This document shows, in pieces, positions 1 to 10,873 of a stretch of 64,000 nt of DNA. Both the position numbers and the translations under genes were made by a program. The notes beneath the pieces were generated by a model, which did no database searches, was not told the DNA's origin, and was given only the letters and a program-made list of their open reading frames with translations. The stretch is from assembly GCA_046483985.1 (NCBI GenBank), contig JAWOCD010000075.1:1-64000 (forward strand), given 5' to 3'. The DNA comes from Promethearchaeia archaeon. Its GTDB lineage: Archaea > Asgardarchaeota > Lokiarchaeia > Sigyniarchaeales > SOKP01. Numbering within the stretch: the stretch's first letter is position 1; every line of letters begins with the position of its first letter.

Positions 1-7
1 ATAAGTT

Positions 8-250
8 TCATTCTTCAAGATGCTCAATGTAATATTTATGCCGTTTCCACATTTCTTGTTTAATCTCATCGCCCCATTTATCAGCATCCTCAAGCGTAAT
101 TTTGCTTTTTGCTGTAAGACGATCTGCTAACTCTAACTTCTCTAAATATTGCTTTACAGCAGATTGTGCTACTTTCTTCCAATCGATCTCAGGGTATTTA
201 TCCATTCTTTTTAAAATATCTTCAGGGATTGTAAACTTTATATCGGTCAT
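8..250 (-). CDS. Ribbon-helix-helix / VapB-type antitoxin-like protein
   Basis: 80 aa; N-terminal beta strand then helices (IKFTIPEDILKRMDKYPEIDWKKVAQSAV), resembling archaeal RHH antitoxins; any partner would lie off the window edge. Confidence 0.55.
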   Translation of the reverse strand: MTDIKFTIPEDILKRMDKYPEIDWKKVAQSAVKQYLEKLELADRLTAKSKITLEDADKWGDEIKQEMWKRHKYYIEHLEE

Positions 251-304
251 CTTACTTAAATATTAAAGTAGTCTTTTATACTTATATTTTTTATCAGTAA
301 AATT

Positions 305-763
305 TTATTGAATAAAGGTATTTGAACAATTAACAAGTATTATTAAAAAAAGAAAAAACCTTAACGAATGAATTCGTTTCAGATCATAGGGACTTTTTTT
401 TCCTTGTAGGAGCAGATCTAACTCTTCGGCAAGAATATCGGCTCTTTCACCCAAGATTCCTAATTCGTCCAACTGTTTTACCCGATTTAGCACGTTTCTC
501 GTGCGTCTGATCAACTTACGATCCGCTATCGTAAAATCTATACGATGCTTGCTTTGTTTATTGGAGGATTCCCGTGTTAAATGGTCCGGATCGAAAGGTT
601 CTTTTAGCTTTGTTCTAAATTTGCGACCACTTGCTGTTTCTATAATATCCGAGATAAAATTCACTCTATCATCTAAACGGATTTTTAATATCTCAAGAGG
701 AAGTCGCAATTTCTTTTCAAACTGGATAGAACTATCTTTAAGCTTATTGTAATCAATTTCCAT
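305..763 (-). CDS. Hypothetical protein
   Basis: 152 aa ORF, co-oriented with and 12 nt from the upstream ORF; gaggaa precedes the ATG. Confidence 0.5.
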   Translation of the reverse strand: MEIDYNKLKDSSIQFEKKLRLPLEILKIRLDDRVNFISDIIETASGRKFRTKLKEPFDPDHLTRESSNKQSKHRIDFTIADRKLIRRTRNVLNRVKQLDELGILGERADILAEELDLLLQGKKSPYDLKRIHSLRFFLFLIILVNCSNTFIQ

Positions 764-775
764 AAATATTCCTCT

Positions 776-1132
776 CTAACTATCAAAAAGAATAATATCC
801 TCTTGAGAAATAATATTCTTTTCTAAAAGTGCGTCAATCTGAGCTAAGAGATCACTTTCCCTTTTGGAATGAGCAATTAGTTTATACTCATCGTCCTGCT
901 TTATATAGGCTAATAATTCATCGGGGTGTTTTTTCCTTTGCTCCTCTAACCACGCTTGACGAGCATAAAAATCTTGGTGTTCAGAGTGGTCAGGAATCAT
1001 TGGTTCCAATTCGATTTTGGTGCCTTTTTCTATGTTCTCAACTTTTTTTTTTAATCGATTGATTTCTTTCACGAGAGCATTTTGTTGTTCCTTTAATTCT
1101 CTTATTTCACTTTCTACCGACCGTGAAGTCAT
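776..1132 (-). CDS. Hypothetical protein, N-terminal coiled coil (C-terminal part weakly DUF5678-like)
   Basis: 118 aa; heptad pattern IRELKEQQNALVKEINRLKKKV; WLEEQRKKHPDELLAY segment. Confidence 0.5.
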   Translation of the reverse strand: MTSRSVESEIRELKEQQNALVKEINRLKKKVENIEKGTKIELEPMIPDHSEHQDFYARQAWLEEQRKKHPDELLAYIKQDDEYKLIAHSKRESDLLAQIDALLEKNIISQEDIILFDS

Positions 1133-1545
1133 ATTTAATATTTAACCACTTTATAATCATTTCAAAATTTTCTTCCATATAATATACATTATTTTAAATA
1201 CTTATTTTTATTCTTCTATAATTTTAAAGAGATTTACCTCTTAAAACATAAAAGAAAATAATTAAGATTAAAAGACCGACAGACGGAGTTTTGAAGATTT
1301 GATCTATTAAATTTTAAACTTAGTTTCTGCTCTTTTTTGTTCAATAAGAATCTATACCCCGTGTTTTTTTATAGCCCTAATCCATCGGAGGCATATGAAT
1401 TATAGGTATAACCTCAAGTGGTGAGTAAGGATGAAAATAGATATCGATACTCTCACGATCATCAACGATGAGACGATTCGGATGGAGGCGAACCCGCCCC
1501 GCCAATATTAATATTTTCTTAGTAGAAAACGAGATAAAGGAGAGA

Positions 1546-2292
1546 CTAATCTTTTTTCTTCTTTAACTGAGCTTTCAGACGCTCTATTTCCTTCTCCTTT
1601 TCTCGTCTAAGTTTCCTCTCTTCTTCCAACGCTCTTTTTTTCTTTTCCAATTGTTTTTCTTTTTCTTCCAAGAGGTATTCTTTCTCGCTGAGTTTCCGTT
1701 CTAAATCAACCGCCTTAATAATATTGTCCACGCCTAATAGCTCTTCCTTCTCCTCGTCAACTCCGCTTTTTTCATTTAACTCTTCCGTAAAATGCTTGGT
1801 GCCCATTTTTATATCACTTATCAGCTTGTTTATGGGGATGGATAAAGTAGGTTTTGAAATTTTTATAATAACTAAATAATAGATACAATTTCTCTCTAAT
1901 ATAGGTTTGTCTTCGTGTCGCGATTTTAGCTGTAGTAAATAACTAAAATACAGATGATCACTGGTGGAAAAAACCGTGTCCCGCTTCTTTAATTCGGCCC
2001 TCAGATATTTTAACTGGCTGGTCCTGAGTTTTAATTCCACAATCTCAAACTCTTTCTCGGGATCATCCGTGGGAACCTTCAAATCGGGATATCTGCCGCC
2101 TTTAACGCAAAATTCCTTGTTAAATTCCCCCGCCCCTCCAAATAAAGTCTCGTTAATAAAGTGTAGTACCAAGTCGTGTTGGGTAGCATAAGCCTTTCCC
2201 AATCCGTTCGTCATTTTTTCAATTAAGTCGGTTATCTCCCTCGACCAGAAGGCGTGGAGGTGATAGTTTTCATATTCTGTTTCAAAGTCCAT
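1546..2292 (-). CDS. PD-(D/E)xK nuclease-like protein with C-terminal coiled coil
   Basis: YPDLKV...IVELKL fits PD-xn-ExK; charged tail LEEERKLRREKEKEIERLKAQL. Confidence 0.55.
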   Translation of the reverse strand: MDFETEYENYHLHAFWSREITDLIEKMTNGLGKAYATQHDLVLHFINETLFGGAGEFNKEFCVKGGRYPDLKVPTDDPEKEFEIVELKLRTSQLKYLRAELKKRDTVFSTSDHLYFSYLLQLKSRHEDKPILERNCIYYLVIIKISKPTLSIPINKLISDIKMGTKHFTEELNEKSGVDEEKEELLGVDNIIKAVDLERKLSEKEYLLEEKEKQLEKKKRALEEERKLRREKEKEIERLKAQLKKKKD

Positions 2293-2406
2293 TACTACAT
2301 ATTAAGCATTACCCTTTAAAAACTTAAATGGAAATAAAAAGGATTCAAGGGACCAGCAAACGGAGATTTGAGAATTTTCGCCATTGAATTTGAAATATAG
2401 TGAAAA

Positions 2407-2841
2407 TTGAATGAGTTTTTGGATCATAAGGTAAAATCAGCAGCGAAAAACCAAGAAAATCTCATTAAAAGACAAATTTTAGAAGATCTTAAAGCAGATA
2501 GAATCGAAAGGGCAACGAAGACAATAGTAGAGAATGCAGAAGTTTTGATGAAATCCTCGGAAGGAAAATTGAGCCATCTTAACCATTTCATACAATATGT
2601 TATTAAGAACGGTAAACCCCCGCAATTATCCCCCACGGAGAGAACTATCTTAAAGGTTCTCTCCACAATTGGTACTACCATGTCAATCACGGGAGGGTTT
2701 GTAGGCATTCATGCTGGCATACTTGCTACATTAGATGAAGGTAAATGGACCTTGGGTTTTATTTTTGGAGTTGTTTCATATGGATTAGCACTTTTTTCTT
2801 GGTCGTGGCACTTGAGCAATTGGATTATTTTGTTTCTCTGA
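2407..2841 (+). CDS. Hypothetical protein with C-terminal hydrophobic segments (possibly a fragment)
   Basis: 144 aa, TTG start, two Gly-rich hydrophobic stretches. Confidence 0.35.
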   Translation: MNEFLDHKVKSAAKNQENLIKRQILEDLKADRIERATKTIVENAEVLMKSSEGKLSHLNHFIQYVIKNGKPPQLSPTERTILKVLSTIGTTMSITGGFVGIHAGILATLDEGKWTLGFIFGVVSYGLALFSWSWHLSNWIILFL

Positions 2842-3445
2842 TTTCACTCTTTTCGGATACGGGAATCTTTTTTGAGCACTTATAACAATATTCGGGAATG
2901 GACTCGAATTTTGTCCCGCAGTACGGACATTCGGACCGGGTTCGTTCGACGATTTTTTCCAAGTTCATTCGATTTTCTTCCTGGCTATTTTCCCCTAACT
3001 TCTGAAATACGAATCCAAGAGAAATGGAGATACCGAATAGATAAATTCCCAATATGATGGATTGAAGAAATAGGGAAAAATTATGCGCATAATAGAAATT
3101 CGAGGAGTATCTCTCCAAAAAGACATAAAAGAAGAAATTAATCAAGAAAAAGGTAAGCAAGTTGAGAGAATATGCTTTCTTCGGTTTTCTATGGATAAGA
3201 ATGGGAACCAAAGCCGCTAAAGTCCAGCTGACATATGGCAAAAGAGGAAGTGACCCCGCGGGACCAAACAAAAAAAAACCTCCCAAGAATTTAATGAGAT
3301 CTCTATGAAAAGAGGAAATCGTCTCATCGAAGGCGATCTTATATTCATATTGAAAGACGAATTTTAAGGTATATAAGAGCCCCATTTGTATTAAAAACAG
3401 AAAGATTTTGCTTTCCGTTATCAGACGTAATTTTTTGTTCGTCAT
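2825..3445 (-). CDS. Membrane protein with C-terminal zinc ribbon
   Basis: About 4 TM segments followed by CPYCG...CYKCS. Confidence 0.7.
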   Translation of the reverse strand: MTNKKLRLITESKIFLFLIQMGLLYTLKFVFQYEYKIAFDETISSFHRDLIKFLGGFFLFGPAGSLPLLPYVSWTLAALVPILIHRKPKKAYSLNLLTFFLINFFFYVFLERYSSNFYYAHNFSLFLQSIILGIYLFGISISLGFVFQKLGENSQEENRMNLEKIVERTRSECPYCGTKFESIPEYCYKCSKKIPVSEKSEIRETK

Positions 3446-3776
3446 CGTGGGTTAGAAATAAATCAAAACATAATATATCCTTGAAAGATACTAATTTTAG
3501 GGAAAAAATATTTCAAAGATCTTTAGTTTTTTTGATATAGGTAAATTTTGATTTTTTTTATTTATTTCGGAATAGGGATGGGAAGAAAGGATGACTAAGT
3601 TAAGGCAAATCTCATCTAAAACCGTAAAATTTTTATTTTTTAAATAATTAAAAAATCCTAAAGTGGAGAACTTATTGACTAATTTTTCAAAAAAGACCTA
3701 TTTTTACTGTTATGAGAGAGGTTAGTATCTTTTATGTTATTAAGTAAGACAAAAATATTAGAGGTAAATAGAGTAT

Positions 3777-6716
3777 ATGTCTCAATTTTCAAAGACTAAG
3801 ATAGTAGATAAAATCAAGTTCGGTTTACTCTCGCCTGATGAGATCCGAAAGATGTCAGCGGCGCGGATTATTACTGCTGACACCTACGATGAAGACGGAT
3901 TACCAATTCCGTCAGGATTAATGGATCAACGACTAGGGACGATTGAACCGGGACAGAGATGTCAAACATGTGGGAACTTGGTAAGCAATTGTATGGGTCA
4001 TTTTGGTCACATAGAATTGGCAAGACCAGTTATTCATGTTGGATATGCAAAGAAAGTGTTGAAAGTATTGAGATCGATATGTCCCGAGTGTTCAAAGCTT
4101 ATGCTTCCTAAGGATGAGAAGGAACGCTTTCGGAAAAAACAGATTGCCCACAGAAAGCGCTTCCACGAGGGAGATATTGATTTTTCAAAGATCATCTTTA
4201 AAAAAGCACGAAAGAAAAAGAAATGTCCTTACTGTGGTGCTAAGAAGAAAAAAATAATTATTGAAAAACCCACTACTTTTTATGAGGAGGAACAAACAAA
4301 AGGATCCCGTCGTATTACACCAATTGAGATCATGGAACGATTAAAGAAGATGTCCGATGGGGATCTTCGCATTTTGGGGATCTCTCCAGAAACTGCTCGA
4401 CTTGAATGGGTAATTTTTACCGTTTTGCCTATTCCGCCAGTTTGTGCACGACCTTCCATTACACTTGACAGTGGGATTAGATCGGAAGACGATTTAACCC
4501 ATAAATTAGTGGATGTAATCCGAATCAATCAGCGATTACGAGAAAATATTGATGCAGGGGCACCACATTTAATTGTAGAAGATTTATGGGAATTACTGCA
4601 ATATCATATTACTACTTATTTTGATAATCAAGTTTCAGGTATACCGCCAGCTCGACATCGTTCAGGAAGGGCGCTAAGGACCCTTACTCAAAGACTTAAG
4701 GGGAAGGAAGGACGTTTTCGAAGTAACCTCAGCGGAAAGCGTGTAGATTTCTCCGCAAGAAGTGTTATTTCTCCAAATCCCTACATTAGTATTAATGAAG
4801 TAGGTGTTCCGGAAAAGGTTGCCCGAATTTTGACTATTCCGACGAATGTAAATGATTGGAATATTGAGGAAATGAAACAATTAGTGTTAAACGGTCCAGA
4901 TAAGCATCCGGGAGCTAATTATATTATACGAAGTGATCGACGTCGAATCGATCTACGCTATGTAAAAGATCGTGAAATGATTGCTGATATGCTTGCCCCA
5001 GGCTTTACAGTAGAACGTCATCTAAATGATGGGGATTTAGTCTTATTCAATCGCCAACCTTCTTTACATCGCATGTCAATCATGGCACATGAAGTAAAGA
5101 TCATGAAGGGTAAGACATTTCGACTTAATTTAACCGTTTGCCCACCGTATAACGCTGATTTTGATGGAGACGAGATGAATTTACATGTTCCACAGAGCGA
5201 AGAGGCGCGAACTGAAGCGGAATTATTATTAAAAGTACAGGAGCATATCCTATCACCGAGATTCGGTGGTCCTATATTGGGAGGCATTCAAGATTTTATC
5301 TCAAGCGTATTTCAATTTACTAGTAAAGATTCTCTTTATGATAAAAAGGAAACATTAAAATTATTATATCTGGGGGGAGTATTTGAAACTAATCCAGATC
5401 TTAGATTAGAAGATATGGAGCCCGCAGTTAAGGATCCGGAGCCATTATATTCAGGAAAACAAATCTTCAGTACGCTATTTCCTGACGATTTAAATTTGCG
5501 TGTGCGGTCAAAATTTTGTAAACATTGCGATGTCTGTAAAAAGGAAGATTGTGAATATGATGCATTTGTATCCATTCGAAACGGAAAATTATTGACGGGG
5601 ACCCTTGATGAGAATACCTTCGGAGCGATCCAACCCAATAGTATACTACAAAGGATTATTAAAGACCATGGAAATGCACGCGGTAGGGTCTTTTTGGATA
5701 ATGCAACCAAAATGCTTCTCTATGTAATTCGTCAAAATGGCCTTACTATGGGGTTAGATGAAGTCTTTGTAAGAGGAGACGCCGATGAAAAGATCCAACA
5801 AATCTTAAAGGAATCAAATGAACGCTCAAAGGAATTAATCCAAGCCTATTATGAGGATGACCGTGAAGTATTGAAGAGAGCTCCGGGAAGAACTATGAAG
5901 GAGACGCTGGAATTACGAATTAGAGGAGAATTATCTAAAGCTCGGAAACGAGCTGAAGAAACTGCAGCGGACTATATTGGTGATGATGCGCATTCAGTTA
6001 TTATGACAAAATCGGGCGCCAGAGGAAACATCCTTAACTTGGGTCAAATGTCAGCTGTTGTAGGTCAGCAAGCTATTAGAGGTGAACGGATTAATCGAGG
6101 CTATGATAGCCGCACTTTACCGCATTTTAAACGTGAAGACTTAACGCCGAAGGCGAAGGGATTTGTTGCCTCTTCATATCGTGATGGATTACGTCCTGCG
6201 GAATTCTTCTTCCACGCAATGGGAGGTCGAGAAGGTTTAGTCGATACTGCAGTCCGCACAAGCCAGTCTGGATATATGCAACGGAGGTTGGTTAATGCTC
6301 TCCAAGATATGGTGATTGAAAACGATGGAACTGTGCGAAACTCCGAAAAAAATATTATTCAGTTTAAATTCGGTGACGATGGAATTAATCCTATGCAATC
6401 TGACCACGGGAAAGCGGTCAATCTTGATGTCTTGTTATTGAAAGCAAAGGCATTGGACACTGAGAATATACCTGAAGAGGCGGAGAAATATAAGAAAAAG
6501 GTCGAAAAAGAAAAAGCTAAGAAGGAGAAAAAGGAGAAAAAGGAGAAAAAGGAGAAAAAAAAAGAGGAAGAGCAACCGGAAGAGAAAGGGAAGGAAACCC
6601 CCTCCGAAGAGGCGATACGGGAAGAGTTTGAAGAAAAGACTGGAAAACACGCGGTATGGCGAGGAAGAGTGACCAAACAATATAAAGAGTGGAGAGAAGA
6701 GAATTATGGAATTTAA
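3777..6716 (+). CDS. rpoA1: DNA-directed RNA polymerase subunit A' (Rpo1N)
   Basis: Catalytic NADFDGDEMN, Zn motif CQTCG..C.GHFGHIELA, GKRVDFSARSVI, TSQSGYMQRRLVNAL. Confidence 0.99.
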   Translation: MSQFSKTKIVDKIKFGLLSPDEIRKMSAARIITADTYDEDGLPIPSGLMDQRLGTIEPGQRCQTCGNLVSNCMGHFGHIELARPVIHVGYAKKVLKVLRSICPECSKLMLPKDEKERFRKKQIAHRKRFHEGDIDFSKIIFKKARKKKKCPYCGAKKKKIIIEKPTTFYEEEQTKGSRRITPIEIMERLKKMSDGDLRILGISPETARLEWVIFTVLPIPPVCARPSITLDSGIRSEDDLTHKLVDVIRINQRLRENIDAGAPHLIVEDLWELLQYHITTYFDNQVSGIPPARHRSGRALRTLTQRLKGKEGRFRSNLSGKRVDFSARSVISPNPYISINEVGVPEKVARILTIPTNVNDWNIEEMKQLVLNGPDKHPGANYIIRSDRRRIDLRYVKDREMIADMLAPGFTVERHLNDGDLVLFNRQPSLHRMSIMAHEVKIMKGKTFRLNLTVCPPYNADFDGDEMNLHVPQSEEARTEAELLLKVQEHILSPRFGGPILGGIQDFISSVFQFTSKDSLYDKKETLKLLYLGGVFETNPDLRLEDMEPAVKDPEPLYSGKQIFSTLFPDDLNLRVRSKFCKHCDVCKKEDCEYDAFVSIRNGKLLTGTLDENTFGAIQPNSILQRIIKDHGNARGRVFLDNATKMLLYVIRQNGLTMGLDEVFVRGDADEKIQQILKESNERSKELIQAYYEDDREVLKRAPGRTMKETLELRIRGELSKARKRAEETAADYIGDDAHSVIMTKSGARGNILNLGQMSAVVGQQAIRGERINRGYDSRTLPHFKREDLTPKAKGFVASSYRDGLRPAEFFFHAMGGREGLVDTAVRTSQSGYMQRRLVNALQDMVIENDGTVRNSEKNIIQFKFGDDGINPMQSDHGKAVNLDVLLLKAKALDTENIPEEAEKYKKKVEKEKAKKEKKEKKEKKEKKKEEEQPEEKGKETPSEEAIREEFEEKTGKHAVWRGRVTKQYKEWREENYGI
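6522..6557 (+). repeat. 9-bp tandem repeat (AAGGAGAAA)x4 encoding (KEK)n in the RpoA' tail
   Basis: Four perfect copies read directly. Confidence 0.85.
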
Positions 6717-6762
6717 ATTTAAAAATAATCATCTTATTATGAGTAATTTAAAAAACAAGTGA

Positions 6763-7959
<1,197 letters not shown>

Positions 7960-8188
7960 TGAACTTTATTCTATTTTTTATACTTTTTTCTTTTTCATTG
8001 GTTTTATTGGTCCCCTTAATTGGATATTCAAATAAGGCGAATTTTATTCAATCTTTTGATTGTAGTGTAGTATCTTTGTTTTCTAATCATAAGAAATTAA
8101 AATAATAATACATTTTTAGAATTATCTCTTTATTGAATATGATAAAGGTTTTTATAGTTTATTAAAATTATATAATTAGTTAAGAACG

Positions 8189-8557
8189 ATGGCAAAGAAA
8201 AATATTAATACGAATGTCAATCTTGAAAGAAGGAAGAAAAAGGAATTTGACGTAGATACTAACATAAAGGTCGCCTTTAAAACGGGTTCGATAGTTTATG
8301 GAAAGAACCAAGTTTTAAAGGAATTACGACAGGACAGCTTTAAAATGATAATTATTTCTAATAATTGTCCGCGAGAATTAGAGGAAGAGCTCAATTATTA
8401 TAATTCTCTGCAAAAGAATAAGCAATTTATTTATCGTTATAAAGGGAGTTCATGGGAATTAGGACTAGCATTGGCAAAACCGTACATGATCTCAATCATC
8501 GGCATCAAAGATCCAGGAGATTCTGAACTGATGAGTCTAAAATCAAAACGGAATTAA
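8189..8557 (+). CDS. rpl30e: 50S ribosomal protein L30e
   Basis: KTGSIVYG, ELGLALAKPY, DPGDS motifs; position after rpoA2. Confidence 0.93.
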   Translation: MAKKNINTNVNLERRKKKEFDVDTNIKVAFKTGSIVYGKNQVLKELRQDSFKMIIISNNCPRELEEELNYYNSLQKNKQFIYRYKGSSWELGLALAKPYMISIIGIKDPGDSELMSLKSKRN

Positions 8558-8572
8558 TAAAAACTGAAGAAG

Positions 8573-9052
8573 ATGAGTATGCTGAAAAAAAATATTACCT
8601 TAGACAGAAAGTCAATGAAACTCATTTCCTTGTTTAACAATATTTCAGGTGCGATCATAAAAGACTGCGTCTTTTTTCAAGCACCGAACAATTCCTCGGA
8701 AATTATCATTTTTCTAGTAAAAAAAGAGGATGTGGGAAAAGCAATTGGTAGAGGAGGGGAAAACGTCAAAGATTTGCGAAAAAAATTACAGAAAAAAATT
8801 GATGTGATTCCCTTTTCTGAAGACTTGGAAGAGTTTATCCGGTTTATCTTAAAGACTACCAAAAAGGCGATACGTGTGGAGAAAATTGAAATAAAAGGCT
8901 CAGATGCACGAAAGACTGTAGTAATTTCGGTGGATCCGGAGGATAGAGGAAAGGCAATTGGAAAGAAAGGCTCGATGATTAAAAAAATTAAACTCTTGGT
9001 AATGCGCCATTTTGATGTGGATAACGTTATAATAAATACAAATAATTATTAA
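8573..9052 (+). CDS. nusA: Archaeal NusA (two KH domains)
   Basis: Two GKAIGxxG KH motifs; conserved position after rpl30e. Confidence 0.95.
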   Translation: MSMLKKNITLDRKSMKLISLFNNISGAIIKDCVFFQAPNNSSEIIIFLVKKEDVGKAIGRGGENVKDLRKKLQKKIDVIPFSEDLEEFIRFILKTTKKAIRVEKIEIKGSDARKTVVISVDPEDRGKAIGKKGSMIKKIKLLVMRHFDVDNVIINTNNY

Positions 9053-9108
9053 GCCAAGAAAAACAAGGAAATTCAAATATTAGTTTAACTAATATGAGAT
9101 TTTTACCA

Positions 9109-9272
9109 TTAGAATGCGAGAAAGTCCCGTTCTTCTGGGCTAGGATCAAGTTCATCGGATAGCTACAAGACCTGCGGGGTTAGCATTTGGAGCATCTGTA
9201 AGACTCATGCACTTAGGCGAGCAGTTTACGATGGATTTCGAATTCCTCGCTTTTTAGGGCGTGGTAGTTCAA
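9109..9272 (+). mobile_element. Non-autonomous IS200/IS605-family remnant (tnpB 3'-end / omega-RNA-like scaffold with right end)
   Basis: GC-rich intergenic island ending GAATTCCTCGCTTTTTAGGGCGTGGTAGTTCAA; left-end-like GAAAGTCCCGTTCTTCTGGGC; homologous to 21967-22071. Confidence 0.55.
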
Positions 9273-9450
9273 GAATAAAATTTTTATAGAAGATCTAAAA
9301 TATTAGAGGCGGGATCGATTATATCCAATAAACCAATAATTACTAAACCATTAATTATTCCAAAAATTTAATTTTAAGGAAGTATTTAATAAAATAGAAT
9401 AAACAATATATTGTTTAATTAATCAAATATATATAAAAAGTTGATCTAAT

Positions 9451-9888
9451 ATGGGAAAACCTAAAGGACTTTATGCGGCACGCCAATTAAAAAGAAATCG
9501 AAGACGATTTAGATGGTCGAAAACGAAATATAAGCGGAAAAAAAAGAAATTAAAGGAAAAAGCAGATCCATTAGAAGGGTCTCCACAAGCTACGGGGATA
9601 GTATTGGCAAAAGTGGGAAGAGAAAGTAAACAACCAAACTCGGCTATTCGCAAATGTGTACGAGTTCAACTCAAAAAGAATGGAAAGGCCATAACGGCAT
9701 TTCTCCCTGGAGATGGAAGTCTTAACTTTATTGATGAACACGATTTGGTCTTAGTGGAAGGGATTGGAGGAGCAAAAGGTCGAGCTGTAGGTGATCTTCC
9801 CGGTGTGCGTTGGAAAGTCACAAAAGTGAATGGTGTATCATTAGAAGCACTGTTAGATGGTAAAAAGGAAAAACCGATGCGCGGGTAA
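9451..9888 (+). CDS. rps12: 30S ribosomal protein S12 (uS12)
   Basis: [25 protein letters not shown]. Confidence 0.99.
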   Translation: MGKPKGLYAARQLKRNRRRFRWSKTKYKRKKKKLKEKADPLEGSPQATGIVLAKVGRESKQPNSAIRKCVRVQLKKNGKAITAFLPGDGSLNFIDEHDLVLVEGIGGAKGRAVGDLPGVRWKVTKVNGVSLEALLDGKKEKPMRG

Positions 9889-9901
9889 CCCGTCATTTTT
9901 T
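9881..9901 (+). terminator. Possible terminator: short hairpin over the rps12 stop followed by a T-tract
   Basis: GCGGG-TAA-CCCGT followed by CA and T7. Confidence 0.3.
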
Positions 9902-9970
9902 ACGTACAATTTCTTTTTTAATATTTTTGCTTATTTTTCGTTGATATTTTAATTTATTTTTGAGAGTTAA

Positions 9971-9990
9971 TTGGATTGGATTGGATTGGA
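9971..9990. repeat. (TTGGA)x4 microsatellite between rps12 and rps7
   Basis: Read directly; followed by degenerate TTCGGA. Confidence 0.8.
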
Positions 9991-10105
9991 TTCGGATTCC
10001 TTTTCTCTATGAAATAATTCAGTAAATCAAAAAAAATTAATATGAAAAAACATTAATGAAATTACATTTCACTGAAAAAATGATATAAAAGAGAACGATA
10101 ATAGT

Positions 10106-10720
10106 ATGAGTCCGGACAACAAAAAAATTAAATTGTTTAATATTTGGTCCTTCGATAATGTGGAAGTGCCTGATTTTACTTTAACGGATTATATCAATTT
10201 AAAACCCGTTATAATGCCTATGTCTTGTGGAAGGCATACGCATAAACGCTTCTGGAAAAGCGACATCTCGATTATCGAACGATTTATTAACAGATTACTT
10301 GCTCCGGGATTTTTGGACAGTAAAATTAAAGGAAAGAAAAGTTCTTATGGTTCTGGAAAGAAAAACCAAATAATTAAAGCCGTAAAAACCGCCTTTACCT
10401 TGATTGAACAAATAACTGATAAAAATCCAATTCAAGTTCTTGTTAACGCGATTTGTTATGCTGCTCCTCGAGAAGAAACCACTAGAATTGCGATGGGAGG
10501 TATTTCTTACGCGTCCGCAGTGGATATTACCCCCCAAAGAAGAGTGGATCTGGCTATTAAATATCTCACTCAAGCCATTGCCAAAAAATCTCACGATTCA
10601 ATCAAGCGTTTTGAAGAAATCATTGCAATGGAATTAATTGCGGCAGGAAGAAACAGTCAAAATTCAAGCGCCGTAAAAAAGAAAGACGAAGTGGAAAGAA
10701 TTGCGATTTCTGCTCGGTAA
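10106..10720 (+). CDS. rps7: 30S ribosomal protein S7 (uS7)
   Basis: NPIQVLVNAI..AAPREETTRI, PQRRVDLA, KKDEVERIA.SAR. Confidence 0.98.
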   Translation: MSPDNKKIKLFNIWSFDNVEVPDFTLTDYINLKPVIMPMSCGRHTHKRFWKSDISIIERFINRLLAPGFLDSKIKGKKSSYGSGKKNQIIKAVKTAFTLIEQITDKNPIQVLVNAICYAAPREETTRIAMGGISYASAVDITPQRRVDLAIKYLTQAIAKKSHDSIKRFEEIIAMELIAAGRNSQNSSAVKKKDEVERIAISAR

Positions 10721-10873
10721 TTTTATCTTAATAGTCTAACTTTTTTCTCCTCACTTTATATCACCTCTATATTACCTATACTTATTTATTATATCTGTTC
10801 TTTCTAAATTTTTAAATATCTGGTTGATCTATTAATTAATAACACGTTTTTTATCTAAACAGATATTATAAGA

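Noticed and set aside
1431-1511. 26-codon ORF or structured RNA (e.g. SECIS) in a GC-richer patch
   Set aside because: No convincing fold and no linked in-frame UGA gene; too short to support.
9971-9998. CRISPR or iteron array
   Set aside because: Only a 5-bp microsatellite with no spacers; no CRISPR array or cas gene seen in the window.
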